The notes under the pieces were generated by a model. It searched no databases, was not told where the DNA came from, and saw only the letters and a program-made list of their open reading frames with translations. Below, piece by piece: positions 11,005-20,035 of a stretch of 64,000 nt of DNA; position 1 is the stretch's first letter, and every line of letters begins with the position of its first letter. The translations under genes were made by a program, and so were the position numbers. The stretch lies in NCBI GenBank assembly GCA_963696385.1, contig CAVOKF010000007.1, positions 1,248,001 to 1,312,000 on the forward strand, read 5' to 3'. Source of the stretch: an uncultured delta proteobacterium (GTDB lineage: Bacteria; Myxococcota_A; Polyangia; Polyangiales; Polyangiaceae).

Positions 11005-11192
11005 CGAGCCGTCGTCGGATGTCGGTGAGTCGGGCACGAGAGCGAGCTTGGATCGAAGGGGGCGAAACCGAAAGGGCCTGGACCGGTCGACCCAACGTGC
11101 GCGCGTCTTTCGAACGACACGCGGGGGGCGCGGCAGCGCGGACTCAGAAATCGCCTGCCGAAGGCGAAAGACCGAGGTACGGTCTCCTCGGC

Positions 11193-12707
11193 GTGGCCCG
11201 AGTCCTCTTTGCGCACGGTCATCTTCTGCGGCGCGACACCAAGCAGTTCGCGATCGGCAAGCCCTATCCGCCGCTCGCCACGCTCTTCGCGGCGGCCTAC
11301 GCGCGCTCGCTCGGCCACGATGTGGGTCTGTACGACCCCATGCTCAAGGACGATACGTCCGATTTTTCGACCGCCCTGGACCGCGAGCGCCCGGACGTCG
11401 TGGTCCTCTACGACGACGCGTTCAACTGGTTTACGAAGATGTGCTTGTCCCGCATGCGCGACGCCGCATTCGCCATGGTGGGCGAAGCACGCGAGCGGGG
11501 TCTGCCGGTGATCGTGGCGGGCCATGACGCAGCGGACGCGCCGGAGGCCTACCTGCGATCCGGCGCGTCCTTCGTGATCTTGGGGGAAGGCGAACTGACG
11601 CTCGGCGAGCTTCTCGGCTCTTTCGAAAAAGCGCGGGGGCATGTCGACGAGGTGCGCGACGCAGCGATCGCGGGCATCCCGGGCCTCGCGGTCCTGGACC
11701 ATGGCTTTGTCCGGCGTACCGGGTCGCGCAAACTGCTGAAGGATCTCGACGCGCTTCCGCTTCCAGCGTGGGACTTGGTCGACATCCCGAGCTACCGGCG
11801 GTTTTGGCAGCGCCGGCACGGATACTTCTCGCTGAACGTCGTGACCACGCGCGGCTGTCCCTATCTCTGCAACTGGTGCGCCAAACCAACCTCTGGAAAC
11901 ACGTACCACACGCGGTCGCCGGCCAACGTCCTGGCCGAATTGCAGCTCTTGCGCGATCGGTACGCGCCCGATCATCTCTGGTTCTGCGACGACATTCTGG
12001 GGCTCAAGTCGCAGTGGCTCGTCGCCTGGTCGGCGGCGGTCGCGCAGGCCGGTCTTGCCCTGCCCTTTCTCTGCCAAACGCGCGCCGACTTGATGACCGA
12101 TGCCAACGTCCGTGCCCTGGCGCGCGCCGGGGCCCAGGAGGTGTGGCTGGGCGCCGAGTCGGGCTCTCAGCGGATTCTGGACGCCATGGAAAAGGGGATC
12201 ACCGTCGAGCAGACGCGGGCTGCCGTCGCGCGCTTGCGCGCCAACGGCGTGCGGGCGGGGCTCTTTCTGCAGTTTGGCTACAGCGGAGAGGGCTGGAGCG
12301 AAGTGCAGGCGACCCGCGCGCTCGTGCGCGAATTGTTGCCCGACGACATCGGCATCTCGGTCAGCTACCCGCTTCCGGGGACCCGCTACCACGCGCAATT
12401 GGCGGGGCGCCTCGGAGAGAAGCGCAACTGGAGCGAAAGTGACAATCTGGACCCGCTCGTCTCGAGCCGCCACTCGCGTGGCTTCTATCACGAGCTAGCA
12501 CGCGTCGTGCATGCAGAGTTGCGCGTCCTTCGTGGGACCCGGGCTCTGAAGACGCTTCTGCGGCGGCCGCTCGACTTCGACGCCCGCCGGGTTCGCCATG
12601 TGGCCGGGGTGCGGCATGCCGGGCCATGGCTTATCCATCGACTGCGTCTCGAGGCGGAGCGGCGGCGGCCAGGGTCGACGATTGACAGGACCGGCGTGAC
12701 AGCCTAG
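11193..12707 (+). CDS. Cobalamin-binding radical SAM protein (#2)
   Basis: PYPPLATL, AGHDAAD, GEGE; TTRGCPYLCNWC (CxxxCxxC); GAESGSQRIL; YPLPGT. GTG 11193 chosen because the extension to 10608 is antisense to another gene. Confidence 0.9.
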   Translation: MARVLFAHGHLLRRDTKQFAIGKPYPPLATLFAAAYARSLGHDVGLYDPMLKDDTSDFSTALDRERPDVVVLYDDAFNWFTKMCLSRMRDAAFAMVGEARERGLPVIVAGHDAADAPEAYLRSGASFVILGEGELTLGELLGSFEKARGHVDEVRDAAIAGIPGLAVLDHGFVRRTGSRKLLKDLDALPLPAWDLVDIPSYRRFWQRRHGYFSLNVVTTRGCPYLCNWCAKPTSGNTYHTRSPANVLAELQLLRDRYAPDHLWFCDDILGLKSQWLVAWSAAVAQAGLALPFLCQTRADLMTDANVRALARAGAQEVWLGAESGSQRILDAMEKGITVEQTRAAVARLRANGVRAGLFLQFGYSGEGWSEVQATRALVRELLPDDIGISVSYPLPGTRYHAQLAGRLGEKRNWSESDNLDPLVSSRHSRGFYHELARVVHAELRVLRGTRALKTLLRRPLDFDARRVRHVAGVRHAGPWLIHRLRLEAERRRPGSTIDRTGVTA

Positions 12708-12742
12708 TGTTCAGGATTAGCTGAAGCGCGAGGGAGTGACCC

Positions 12743-12874
12743 ATGACCCGACACATCGATAAACTCTGGCTCGTGCTTTTGGCGCTGGCCATCGGCACGG
12801 TCGTGGCGTGCAGCAGCAGCGACACCTCGCCGGGGGGATCGGACGAAACCCCCGACGCGATGAGCGGGGGCTGA
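12743..12874 (+). CDS. 43-aa small lipoprotein (not in the ORF track)
   Basis: MTRHIDKLWLVLLALAIGTVVA-CSSSDTSPGGSDETPDAMSGG*. GAGGGAG SD-like sequence upstream; signal-peptidase II architecture with lipobox VVAC; fills the gap after rSAM #2. Confidence 0.7.
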   Translation: MTRHIDKLWLVLLALAIGTVVACSSSDTSPGGSDETPDAMSGG

Positions 12875-12897
12875 GAGCTCGGAACCGGAAAGAGGCC

Positions 12898-14757
12898 TCA
12901 CGGGGCCCTCTCCAGAATCGCTCGAGCGTTGCGGGTGATCGCGCTCTTTGCGGGCCCCTGCGCAAGGCGCGCAAGATGGTCCCGATCCGCCCGCGCTGCT
13001 CCGACGTCCCCTTCTTGGATGGATGCCTGCGCTCGAAGATCAAGAGCCTCAGGATAGTCCTCTAGAAGTCCGATCGCCTGATCGGCGGCCCATCGTGCGG
13101 CCGCAGGGTCCTTCAACGCGAGCTCGGCGGCCGACAGGGCGGCCCATGCGTTGGCCGAATACGGCTCCAGTGCACGGACCTGCTCCGCGGCATGCACGGA
13201 AGCCGCTGGGCGTCCCGCGCGGAGCAGCAGCTGGGCGGTGAGCAGGCGCGCCGTGAAGTCGTTGGGCGTGGCCTCGAGGGCACACTTCAGCGCAGCGAGT
13301 CCTTGTTCGGCTCCCGCGGGTCCGCGGTCTGCCCGAATGCTGCGTTCGGCCCGACCCACCCACCAACTGCCGCGCACGGCTCGCTCGGCCCGGACGGCGG
13401 CGCAGGCCACGAGGACCACGCCGAGCACAACGACCATGGCACCGCCGACGCGGCCCTTGCGGCGCACGGTCCGATCCGGCACGGCGACGGCGACGAGACC
13501 GAGGGCCAACCCGGCCAGACACAGCGTGCCCGGCATCTCGAGAGGGAAACTGGATAGCGACATCACGCCCAGGGCCACGAGCCCACCCGCCGCGGCCGCT
13601 GTGCACGCGCGCCCGTCCGCATCGGCCGTCCGCAGCGAACGGCGCACGGAAGCCGCCACCGCACCGACCCAACAAAGGAGTGCAGTCAGCCCGACCATAC
13701 CGGTCTCCGCGGCCCGCTCGAGCAGATCGTTGTGGGCTTGCCGCGGCACCACCGTGGGGCTGAGTACGCCATCGCGCATCGCGCCAGGCTCCGCGTAACG
13801 CGGAAAGACGACGGGCCAGTTGCCTGGCCCGACACCGACGAGGGGATCCTCGCCCACCATCGACAGCGTGCGCCGCCACAAGCCGAGGCGCGTTCTTACG
13901 GCCGTCGATTGCGCGTCGACGCTCTCCTGCAGCACCTCGACGACGCCCTCGTACCGTTTGGAGTCGCCCGCGTCGCGGGGATTGAAACGGCCCGGCAGCG
14001 TCGCCGCCATCCCCGCCACGAGCCCCACGCCGATCGCGACGGCGACCGACGACCACGACAGCCGTATCCGGGCCAGCCACAGGAACACGCCGAGACCACA
14101 CGCTGCGCCGAGCCACGCACCGCGCGTCCGGGTCACGGCCAAATACACAATCTGGAGCGCGAGCGACGTCCAGAGGACCCTGCGAAGGCCTCGCGGCCGA
14201 CATCGCACCGCCGCACCTACGCCGAGGGGCAGTGCCATGGCGATGGCTTCGGCGGCCAGGTTCCGGTTGCCGAACGTCGATCCGGGCTTGCTGATGACGG
14301 GGATGCCGAGCGGCATCCACTCGACGTGCTGCAGGAGCCCCGTGGCCGCGACGACCGCGGCCGCGATGGCGATGGCCTCGAGCACGCGCTGGCGTGCCGC
14401 AGGCGCATCACTCAGAACGCTCACGCCGCAGGCAATCCCAAAGAGCGACCCCCACCGCGCCAGCGCCGCGAGGGCGTAAGGGGCCCCCGGAGTTCCGGCG
14501 GCAGCGGCGGCCCACGCCAGTGCCGTCGTGGCAAGCACCCCGATCACCGCTGCGGTCATGGGCCCAGTCCAGCGAGGGCGGCCCGTGAAAAAACGCTGAA
14601 GGGCGAATGCGAAGAAACCGAGCGACGCGGCCACCTCGAGTGCAGCGAACTTCGGCACGAGGAAGGGCGCGTGCAACGCGGGCGAGTAAAGCAAGAGGAC
14701 CAGAAAAGCCGCAGCGCCGCTCGCCAACGCCGCGAGCCCCGTAGGCCACGTCCTCAC
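12898..14757 (-). CDS. O-antigen ligase family (Wzy_C) membrane protein with C-terminal TPR-like region
   Basis: GSTFGNRN, TRTRGAWLG, RLGLW, GVGPGNW, QAHNDLLE motifs; Ala-rich helical C-terminus; GTGA coupling at 14757/14754. Confidence 0.85.
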   Translation of the reverse strand: MRTWPTGLAALASGAAAFLVLLLYSPALHAPFLVPKFAALEVAASLGFFAFALQRFFTGRPRWTGPMTAAVIGVLATTALAWAAAAAGTPGAPYALAALARWGSLFGIACGVSVLSDAPAARQRVLEAIAIAAAVVAATGLLQHVEWMPLGIPVISKPGSTFGNRNLAAEAIAMALPLGVGAAVRCRPRGLRRVLWTSLALQIVYLAVTRTRGAWLGAACGLGVFLWLARIRLSWSSVAVAIGVGLVAGMAATLPGRFNPRDAGDSKRYEGVVEVLQESVDAQSTAVRTRLGLWRRTLSMVGEDPLVGVGPGNWPVVFPRYAEPGAMRDGVLSPTVVPRQAHNDLLERAAETGMVGLTALLCWVGAVAASVRRSLRTADADGRACTAAAAGGLVALGVMSLSSFPLEMPGTLCLAGLALGLVAVAVPDRTVRRKGRVGGAMVVVLGVVLVACAAVRAERAVRGSWWVGRAERSIRADRGPAGAEQGLAALKCALEATPNDFTARLLTAQLLLRAGRPAASVHAAEQVRALEPYSANAWAALSAAELALKDPAAARWAADQAIGLLEDYPEALDLRAQASIQEGDVGAARADRDHLARLAQGPAKSAITRNARAILERAP

Positions 14758-16910
14758 GGCCCGGCCGGAGCCGGATCGCCCGGCCTCGGTTGCGAATCGG
14801 AGGCCGCCCCCCGCGCGCGCAGTTCGTCCAGGCGCGCCGCAAAGCGGTCCATGACGCGCTGCCGGTGGTCGGACAGATGCAGCTTGAGGATGCCGGCGCC
14901 GAGAATCACGTCCCCGCTGATCGCCGCCGCGGCGCGGCGCCGAAGGTGAAAGCGCCAACCCCAGCGAAGGATCGTTTCGAGCGCGGGCGCGATGGGTCCG
15001 AGCGCCCTCTCCCCGAAGGGTCGCCGTGCGACCCGCGGCGGGTCACCCGCCCCCGCCAGGGCCGATTCGGACGCGGAGTAAGCGGCTCGCGGGGCGAATG
15101 CCGGGAAGAAGGGCCGAACCCACTCCTCGTTGCTGCGGCACAAGGCCTCGTAGGTCTCATGACCCGTGAACGGCAGGGCGGACACGAGCTGATGCGCCGT
15201 GAAGAGGTCGCGGTGATAGGCGATGGTCAGCTCGCTCTCGTCGACCAAATAGTTCGGGCAGATGAGCCGCCGGGTGCTCGTCAGCTTGGTGGCGAGAAAG
15301 AGCGCCGCATAGGCCGTATACGCTCGCCCGCGTGCCGTGACCACGAAGAAGTCCACGTCTGGCCGCGCGCCCGGGTTCTTGTGCGCAACTCCCCCCGACA
15401 CGATGAGGGCGCGAACGAAGGGCAACGCGGCGAGCGAGGACAAAGCCGCGCGGTTGCGCTCGAGAAGGGTCCGGGTGAGCGCCTCCCTCTCGGGCATCGC
15501 GTCCACGAGGGGCTCGCGGCCCTTCAGGACGAGGTAACCCCTCGGATCGAACGTGAGAAGTGCCGTGAGGGCCCGGCCCGCCGAGATTCGACGCAGCTCG
15601 GACTCGTCGAGCCGAACGCCGAGCGACGCCGTCAATGCCTGATGGATGGGCAGCGGCGAGTCGAAGATGTCCGCGTACACGACGGTGGCGAGCAGTCCCC
15701 ACTCGGCTGTGCTGAATCCGGGCGGCACGGGGACCAACGGCGGTGGAATGACCGTCTTGCCGGATCCCGTGATCGGGGAGCCGTTCGAGCGGGGTCGCAC
15801 CCGCTCCGGAGCAATCCGTCGGGCTCGTGCCCAGAGGGCCTCGGCGGTGCGCGTCCAGGAGAAATGCTGCGCGCGAAGGGGGCCGGCGGCGCGCATGCGG
15901 GCAAGGCCGTCGGGGTCGCTCAAGAGCTCCGAGAGGGCTCGCGAGAACGCCGCATCGTCGCCGGGCGGCACGAAACGCGGGACGTCACCGCCGACTTCGC
16001 GCAAGGCCGCGACATCGGAAGCGATCACCCCTGTCCCACACGCCATGGCCTCCAGGATGGGCAGCCCGAAGCCCTCCAGCCGGGCGGCGAAGACGAACAG
16101 ATCGGCACCCGTATAGAGCGTAACGAGGTCCGGCTCGGTCACGTAGCCGAGCCAGTGGACGCGTCGGCCGGCTGTCCGGGCCTCGAGCGTGCGTACGAGC
16201 GTGCAATCTTTCCAGCCGCGACCGCCCGCGACGACGAGGTCGTGGCCCTGTGCTTCGGGCCCCAGGCGATCGAAGGCGCGCAAAATGGTGATCAGATCCT
16301 TGCGCGGTTCGAGGGTCCCCACCGTGAGCACGTACGGCCGCGTCAGCCCGTACCGGGCGCGGACGTCGGCCACGACGTCGAGGCTTGCGGGGCGACACGA
16401 CGGATGCGCGGCCCCGGGCAAAAGCGCGATGCGCTCGCGACGGACGCCGAGCAAACTGAGGATGTCGCGCTCCGACGTTTCGGAAACCGTTCCGATGACC
16501 GACGAGGCGGCAACCGACTGCCTCAATGTCGCGGCCATCAGCAGACGCTTGCGCATCGTGAAGTGCTCCGGCATGCGCAAGATCGCCAGGTCATGCACGA
16601 TCAGGATGCTTGGGCACGGCGACGCGAACGGCACGGCGTAGTTCGGAAAGACTCCCACGTCGACGCCCGTCTCGGCCAAGAGGCGCGGGGCGTCGGTTTG
16701 GATCCACAGCGCGCGTACCCCTACGCCGCGAACGTGAAGGTACGGCGCCCAGCGCGTCGCCAGATCGGGCGCCGGCTGGCGGTTCGACAAGAGCACCACC
16801 TCGTCGCCCGCGCGACGCGTCTGGAGCAGCGCGTCGACGAGGTGCTCCGTATAGTATCCGACCCCCGTGCGCGTGGCATTGCAGGTCGTGACTTCGATGG
16901 ATAGTCTCAC
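14754..16910 (-). CDS. GT4 glycosyltransferase fused to a Pol-beta-like nucleotidyltransferase domain
   Basis: N-half: TGVGYY, VHDL, VGTLEPRK, EGFGLPILEAMACG. C-half: YADIFDSPL...SGGVAHKNPGARPDVDFFVVT (hG[GS]...DhD)...CPNY...DLFTAHQL. One open frame. Confidence 0.8.
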   Translation of the reverse strand: MRLSIEVTTCNATRTGVGYYTEHLVDALLQTRRAGDEVVLLSNRQPAPDLATRWAPYLHVRGVGVRALWIQTDAPRLLAETGVDVGVFPNYAVPFASPCPSILIVHDLAILRMPEHFTMRKRLLMAATLRQSVAASSVIGTVSETSERDILSLLGVRRERIALLPGAAHPSCRPASLDVVADVRARYGLTRPYVLTVGTLEPRKDLITILRAFDRLGPEAQGHDLVVAGGRGWKDCTLVRTLEARTAGRRVHWLGYVTEPDLVTLYTGADLFVFAARLEGFGLPILEAMACGTGVIASDVAALREVGGDVPRFVPPGDDAAFSRALSELLSDPDGLARMRAAGPLRAQHFSWTRTAEALWARARRIAPERVRPRSNGSPITGSGKTVIPPPLVPVPPGFSTAEWGLLATVVYADIFDSPLPIHQALTASLGVRLDESELRRISAGRALTALLTFDPRGYLVLKGREPLVDAMPEREALTRTLLERNRAALSSLAALPFVRALIVSGGVAHKNPGARPDVDFFVVTARGRAYTAYAALFLATKLTSTRRLICPNYLVDESELTIAYHRDLFTAHQLVSALPFTGHETYEALCRSNEEWVRPFFPAFAPRAAYSASESALAGAGDPPRVARRPFGERALGPIAPALETILRWGWRFHLRRRAAAAISGDVILGAGILKLHLSDHRQRVMDRFAARLDELRARGAASDSQPRPGDPAPAGP

Positions 16911-16991
16911 GCCGCAGCGAGTAGCTAGCACAATCCGCTGGGACGGGGCCGCAGACAGACGCGCGTCCAACGTCTAGAAAGTTGTACGTCC

Positions 16992-18815
16992 ATGCTGGCC
17001 GAACAAGCGACGAGCGCGCGCGATCCGTTCTTGATCCGCCTGGCTCGAGGCCTGCTGGTCGCTCTCGCCCTCGTGCTTCCGTTCGAGGCACCGCTCTTTC
17101 GCCTCGGGCCCCTGCAGATCACGACGGTCGAGCTCGTGCTCTACGCCCTGCTCGCCGCGTGGGCCGTCGCGTTGGCGTCCGATGGGATCGGACATCGCGC
17201 GGCCGTGTCCAAGGCCATGGCGGCGCTCCGCACGGACACGATGGTCCAGGCGGCGATCGTCTGGGCGACGGTCAACTTTGCATCCGCCCTGGTGGCTCCC
17301 TCGTACCGAAGCGCGGCGCTCAAGTTCGCGCTGCGAACCTTGAGCGGCGTGCTCGCGTTTTTCGCTGTCCGCTCTCTGGCTCGCCGTTCGGACACCGGCC
17401 GGGTTCTGATCCTCGCGCTGTTGTCGGGTGCCCTGGTGTCGGCGACCACCGCGGTGGTCGAGTCGCTCGTGCCGGCCAGTGCGTCGCTCTGGGAGCCATT
17501 TCGTGCCGGGCACTTCACGACCTTCGGTTTGATGCGAGCGAGCGGCGTCTTCGCGTATCCGACAATCGGGGCCATGTACTGGGAGGCGGCGGTGCCGCTG
17601 CTGGTCGTCGCGCCGTTTCTCGGCAAGCGACCGCGCTCCGAACGGCGTGCGTGGGGCGGCGCAGTATCCGTCGTGCTGGGCAGCGCCCTGCTCGTCGGGG
17701 CCATTCTTGCCAGCGCGACGCGTTCCGCACTCGTCGGCGCCGCGGTAGTCGCTGCGGCCATGGGCGGCCTCGGCTTGAGATCCGGGGTCGCGATCCCGCG
17801 CGCCGCCACCGGCGCTCTGGCCGTCGTCGCGCTGCTGTCGGCGATTCCGCTCGTGACCCCAGGCTCCGACTCGCTGCTCGGTCAAAGGCTGCGTTGGTGG
17901 CACGACGACACCTGGTTTCGCGCCGACTACAGGGTCGGTACCGCACCGCATGCGGTCTCCTTTGGGGAGGTCTTCTCCGTTCCGGTCACGGTCACCAATA
18001 CGGGCACGCTCGGCTGGACGCGGGCAGGGGCCCACGCCTTCCACCTCGCATACCACTGGGTAGAACCCGATGGCTCCATGTCGCCCGAGGATTTCGAGGG
18101 AATGCGCACCGAACTGCCGGCGGACGTGCCACCGGGCGGCGCGATCGAAATCGTCGGTCGAGCGCGGGCGCCCGCCACGGCGGGGACCTACCGGCTGCGC
18201 TGGGACCTCCTGCAGGATGACGTGACCTGGTTTAGCCAACGGGGCAATCCGATGCCCGAGCAACAGGTCGACGTGACGGCCGAAGCGACCGAAGTGGCCA
18301 CCGAGAACGAAGGACGGCCTGCCGCATCGTCGGTCGACGTCGCAAGCCCCGATCCGTCTCTACCGCGCAGGGTGCTGTGGCGAGCCGCCGTCGCCCTTTG
18401 GCGCACCCGACCGCTGCTGGGCGTTGGCCCCGACAACTTCCGGCGCCGCTACGGGGCCGTGCTCTCGCCTGCCCCGAACGGCCAGTCCGACGCGGACACG
18501 AGCATCCACGCCAACAGCCTCTACTTTGAAACGCTCGCCGACCTTGGGCTCGCGGGTGTGGCGGCGCTAGCCCTGATCGGCTTGGGCCTCGTGCGGCGGG
18601 TGCGGGCTCACCATTCGGCGAACGGCCTTTCGGGCCTCGCCTCCGGCGTGGCGGCCGGGGCTTTCTTCGTGCACGGATGGCTCGACTACTTCTGGGAATT
18701 CACACCGCTTTTTGGCCTATTCTGGGTGCTGTTGGGATGGACGGCAGCAACGACTGCGACGCAACCGTCAGCCGAAGCGCTCCGAGGCAGCACGCCGTCA
18801 GGGCAAGCTCCGTGA
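16992..18815 (+). CDS. O-antigen ligase family protein with inserted Ig-like (NBR1-like) domain
   Basis: RASGVFAYP, SATRSA, GVGPDNF, HANSLYFETLADLG. Insert: VPVTVTNTG..W...LAYHW...RTELPADVPPG...GTYRLRWDL...WFS. Confidence 0.8.
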   Translation: MLAEQATSARDPFLIRLARGLLVALALVLPFEAPLFRLGPLQITTVELVLYALLAAWAVALASDGIGHRAAVSKAMAALRTDTMVQAAIVWATVNFASALVAPSYRSAALKFALRTLSGVLAFFAVRSLARRSDTGRVLILALLSGALVSATTAVVESLVPASASLWEPFRAGHFTTFGLMRASGVFAYPTIGAMYWEAAVPLLVVAPFLGKRPRSERRAWGGAVSVVLGSALLVGAILASATRSALVGAAVVAAAMGGLGLRSGVAIPRAATGALAVVALLSAIPLVTPGSDSLLGQRLRWWHDDTWFRADYRVGTAPHAVSFGEVFSVPVTVTNTGTLGWTRAGAHAFHLAYHWVEPDGSMSPEDFEGMRTELPADVPPGGAIEIVGRARAPATAGTYRLRWDLLQDDVTWFSQRGNPMPEQQVDVTAEATEVATENEGRPAASSVDVASPDPSLPRRVLWRAAVALWRTRPLLGVGPDNFRRRYGAVLSPAPNGQSDADTSIHANSLYFETLADLGLAGVAALALIGLGLVRRVRAHHSANGLSGLASGVAAGAFFVHGWLDYFWEFTPLFGLFWVLLGWTAATTATQPSAEALRGSTPSGQAP

Positions 18816-20028
18816 GGACGGTCGCCCACGCCGCGCCGGGCCCATGGGCCCGTGGAATGAGGGCGAGGTCGAGGAGGACGTTGAGCACGAGCATCGCCAG
18901 AGCCAACCGTTGGGTCATCGTACCCATGTCCCGGGCCACCAAGAAGTGCGTGAGGCCGTAGTTCAGAAAAAGCAGGGGCATCCCCAACGCGAGTACGCGC
19001 ATCGAAGGGACGGCTCGGCCAAAGCCCGTGCCGAAGACCCCCCGGATGAGAGGCGTCCCGCCCACGAAACACGTCGCTCCGACCAAGAGGCCGAGTCCGA
19101 GCAGCAAGAGGCCGATCTGCCGCTCGAGGCGGCGCTGGATCGGGGGATGGCCATGCGCGCGCGCGAGCTGCGGGAACGTGACCGATAGAAGCACCGACGG
19201 CAGGATCATCGCCCCCTCGAAGATCTTGAACGCGGCTCCGTACAGTCCGAGTTCGGCGTCCCCAGCCATCGAGCGCAAGAACAGAGTGTCGATTTTGAAA
19301 TAGAGCATCGAGCAAAGCCCGGCAAACCAGAGCGGCAACGCCTGGGCGAGCGCCGCTTTGGCCAGCACCCGATCGAGCTTCGGGCGCTCGATCCGCACCT
19401 GTCTCGCGAACGGATGCAGCCGTCGCAAGACCACCGCGCCGTAGAGACCCCCTCCCAGATTCGCCGCGGCAATGCTGCTGCACAAGCCGATGAGCGATCG
19501 AGCCACCGTGAGGGTGGTCAATCCGGCGACGCCAAACAAGAGCGCCCGGAATGCGTTGACCCGCGCTTCGTCCCCGAAGCGTTCGTAACCGCGGAAAATC
19601 GCGGCGAAATGCTCGAGGAACGCATTGACGAGGGCCGCGATGCCCAGCAGGATTATGGCTGCGCGTGCCTCGCCGCGCGCTGCGAACATCGCCACGGCCA
19701 GTACGGCGACCGCGTACGGGAGCGCAGCGAGGCTTCGGATGGCCAGCCCGACTTGGACGATTCCCCGGCCTGCGAGCAACTGCGCGTCGCTGTCGACCCG
19801 GCACCGCGCCAATGCGCGTGTCGTCCATACGCCGAGCCCGAGGTCCGTGCCGAGCGCGAGCAGGGCCGTTACCGTCGAAGCGAAGACGAACCGGCCAAAT
19901 GCGGCCTCGCCGAGCACAGGCGCCACGGCAACCACCACGACCAGTCGGCAGACCCGTTCGAGGCCGATGGAGAGGGCCTTGAGCGAAAGGTTTCGGATCG
20001 CTCCGCCCAGCATGCGGCCCGGCGCCAT
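18700..20028 (-). CDS. Wzx-type oligosaccharide flippase (MOP/PST family)
   Basis: LGEAAFGRF, TDLGL, KIDTLFL...ELGLYGAAFKI, FPQLAR, LIPRAHGPGAAWAT; about 12 hydrophobic segments. Confidence 0.88.
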   Translation of the reverse strand: MAPGRMLGGAIRNLSLKALSIGLERVCRLVVVVAVAPVLGEAAFGRFVFASTVTALLALGTDLGLGVWTTRALARCRVDSDAQLLAGRGIVQVGLAIRSLAALPYAVAVLAVAMFAARGEARAAIILLGIAALVNAFLEHFAAIFRGYERFGDEARVNAFRALLFGVAGLTTLTVARSLIGLCSSIAAANLGGGLYGAVVLRRLHPFARQVRIERPKLDRVLAKAALAQALPLWFAGLCSMLYFKIDTLFLRSMAGDAELGLYGAAFKIFEGAMILPSVLLSVTFPQLARAHGHPPIQRRLERQIGLLLLGLGLLVGATCFVGGTPLIRGVFGTGFGRAVPSMRVLALGMPLLFLNYGLTHFLVARDMGTMTQRLALAMLVLNVLLDLALIPRAHGPGAAWATVLTELALTACCLGALRLTVASQSLLPSIPTAPRIGQKAV

Positions 20029-20035
20029 CCTGCGT

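Noticed and set aside
11005..11192. Cobalamin riboswitch upstream of a B12 enzyme
   Set aside because: No B12-box or GGGAA/GCCACTG core recognised by eye; an Infernal search would be decisive.
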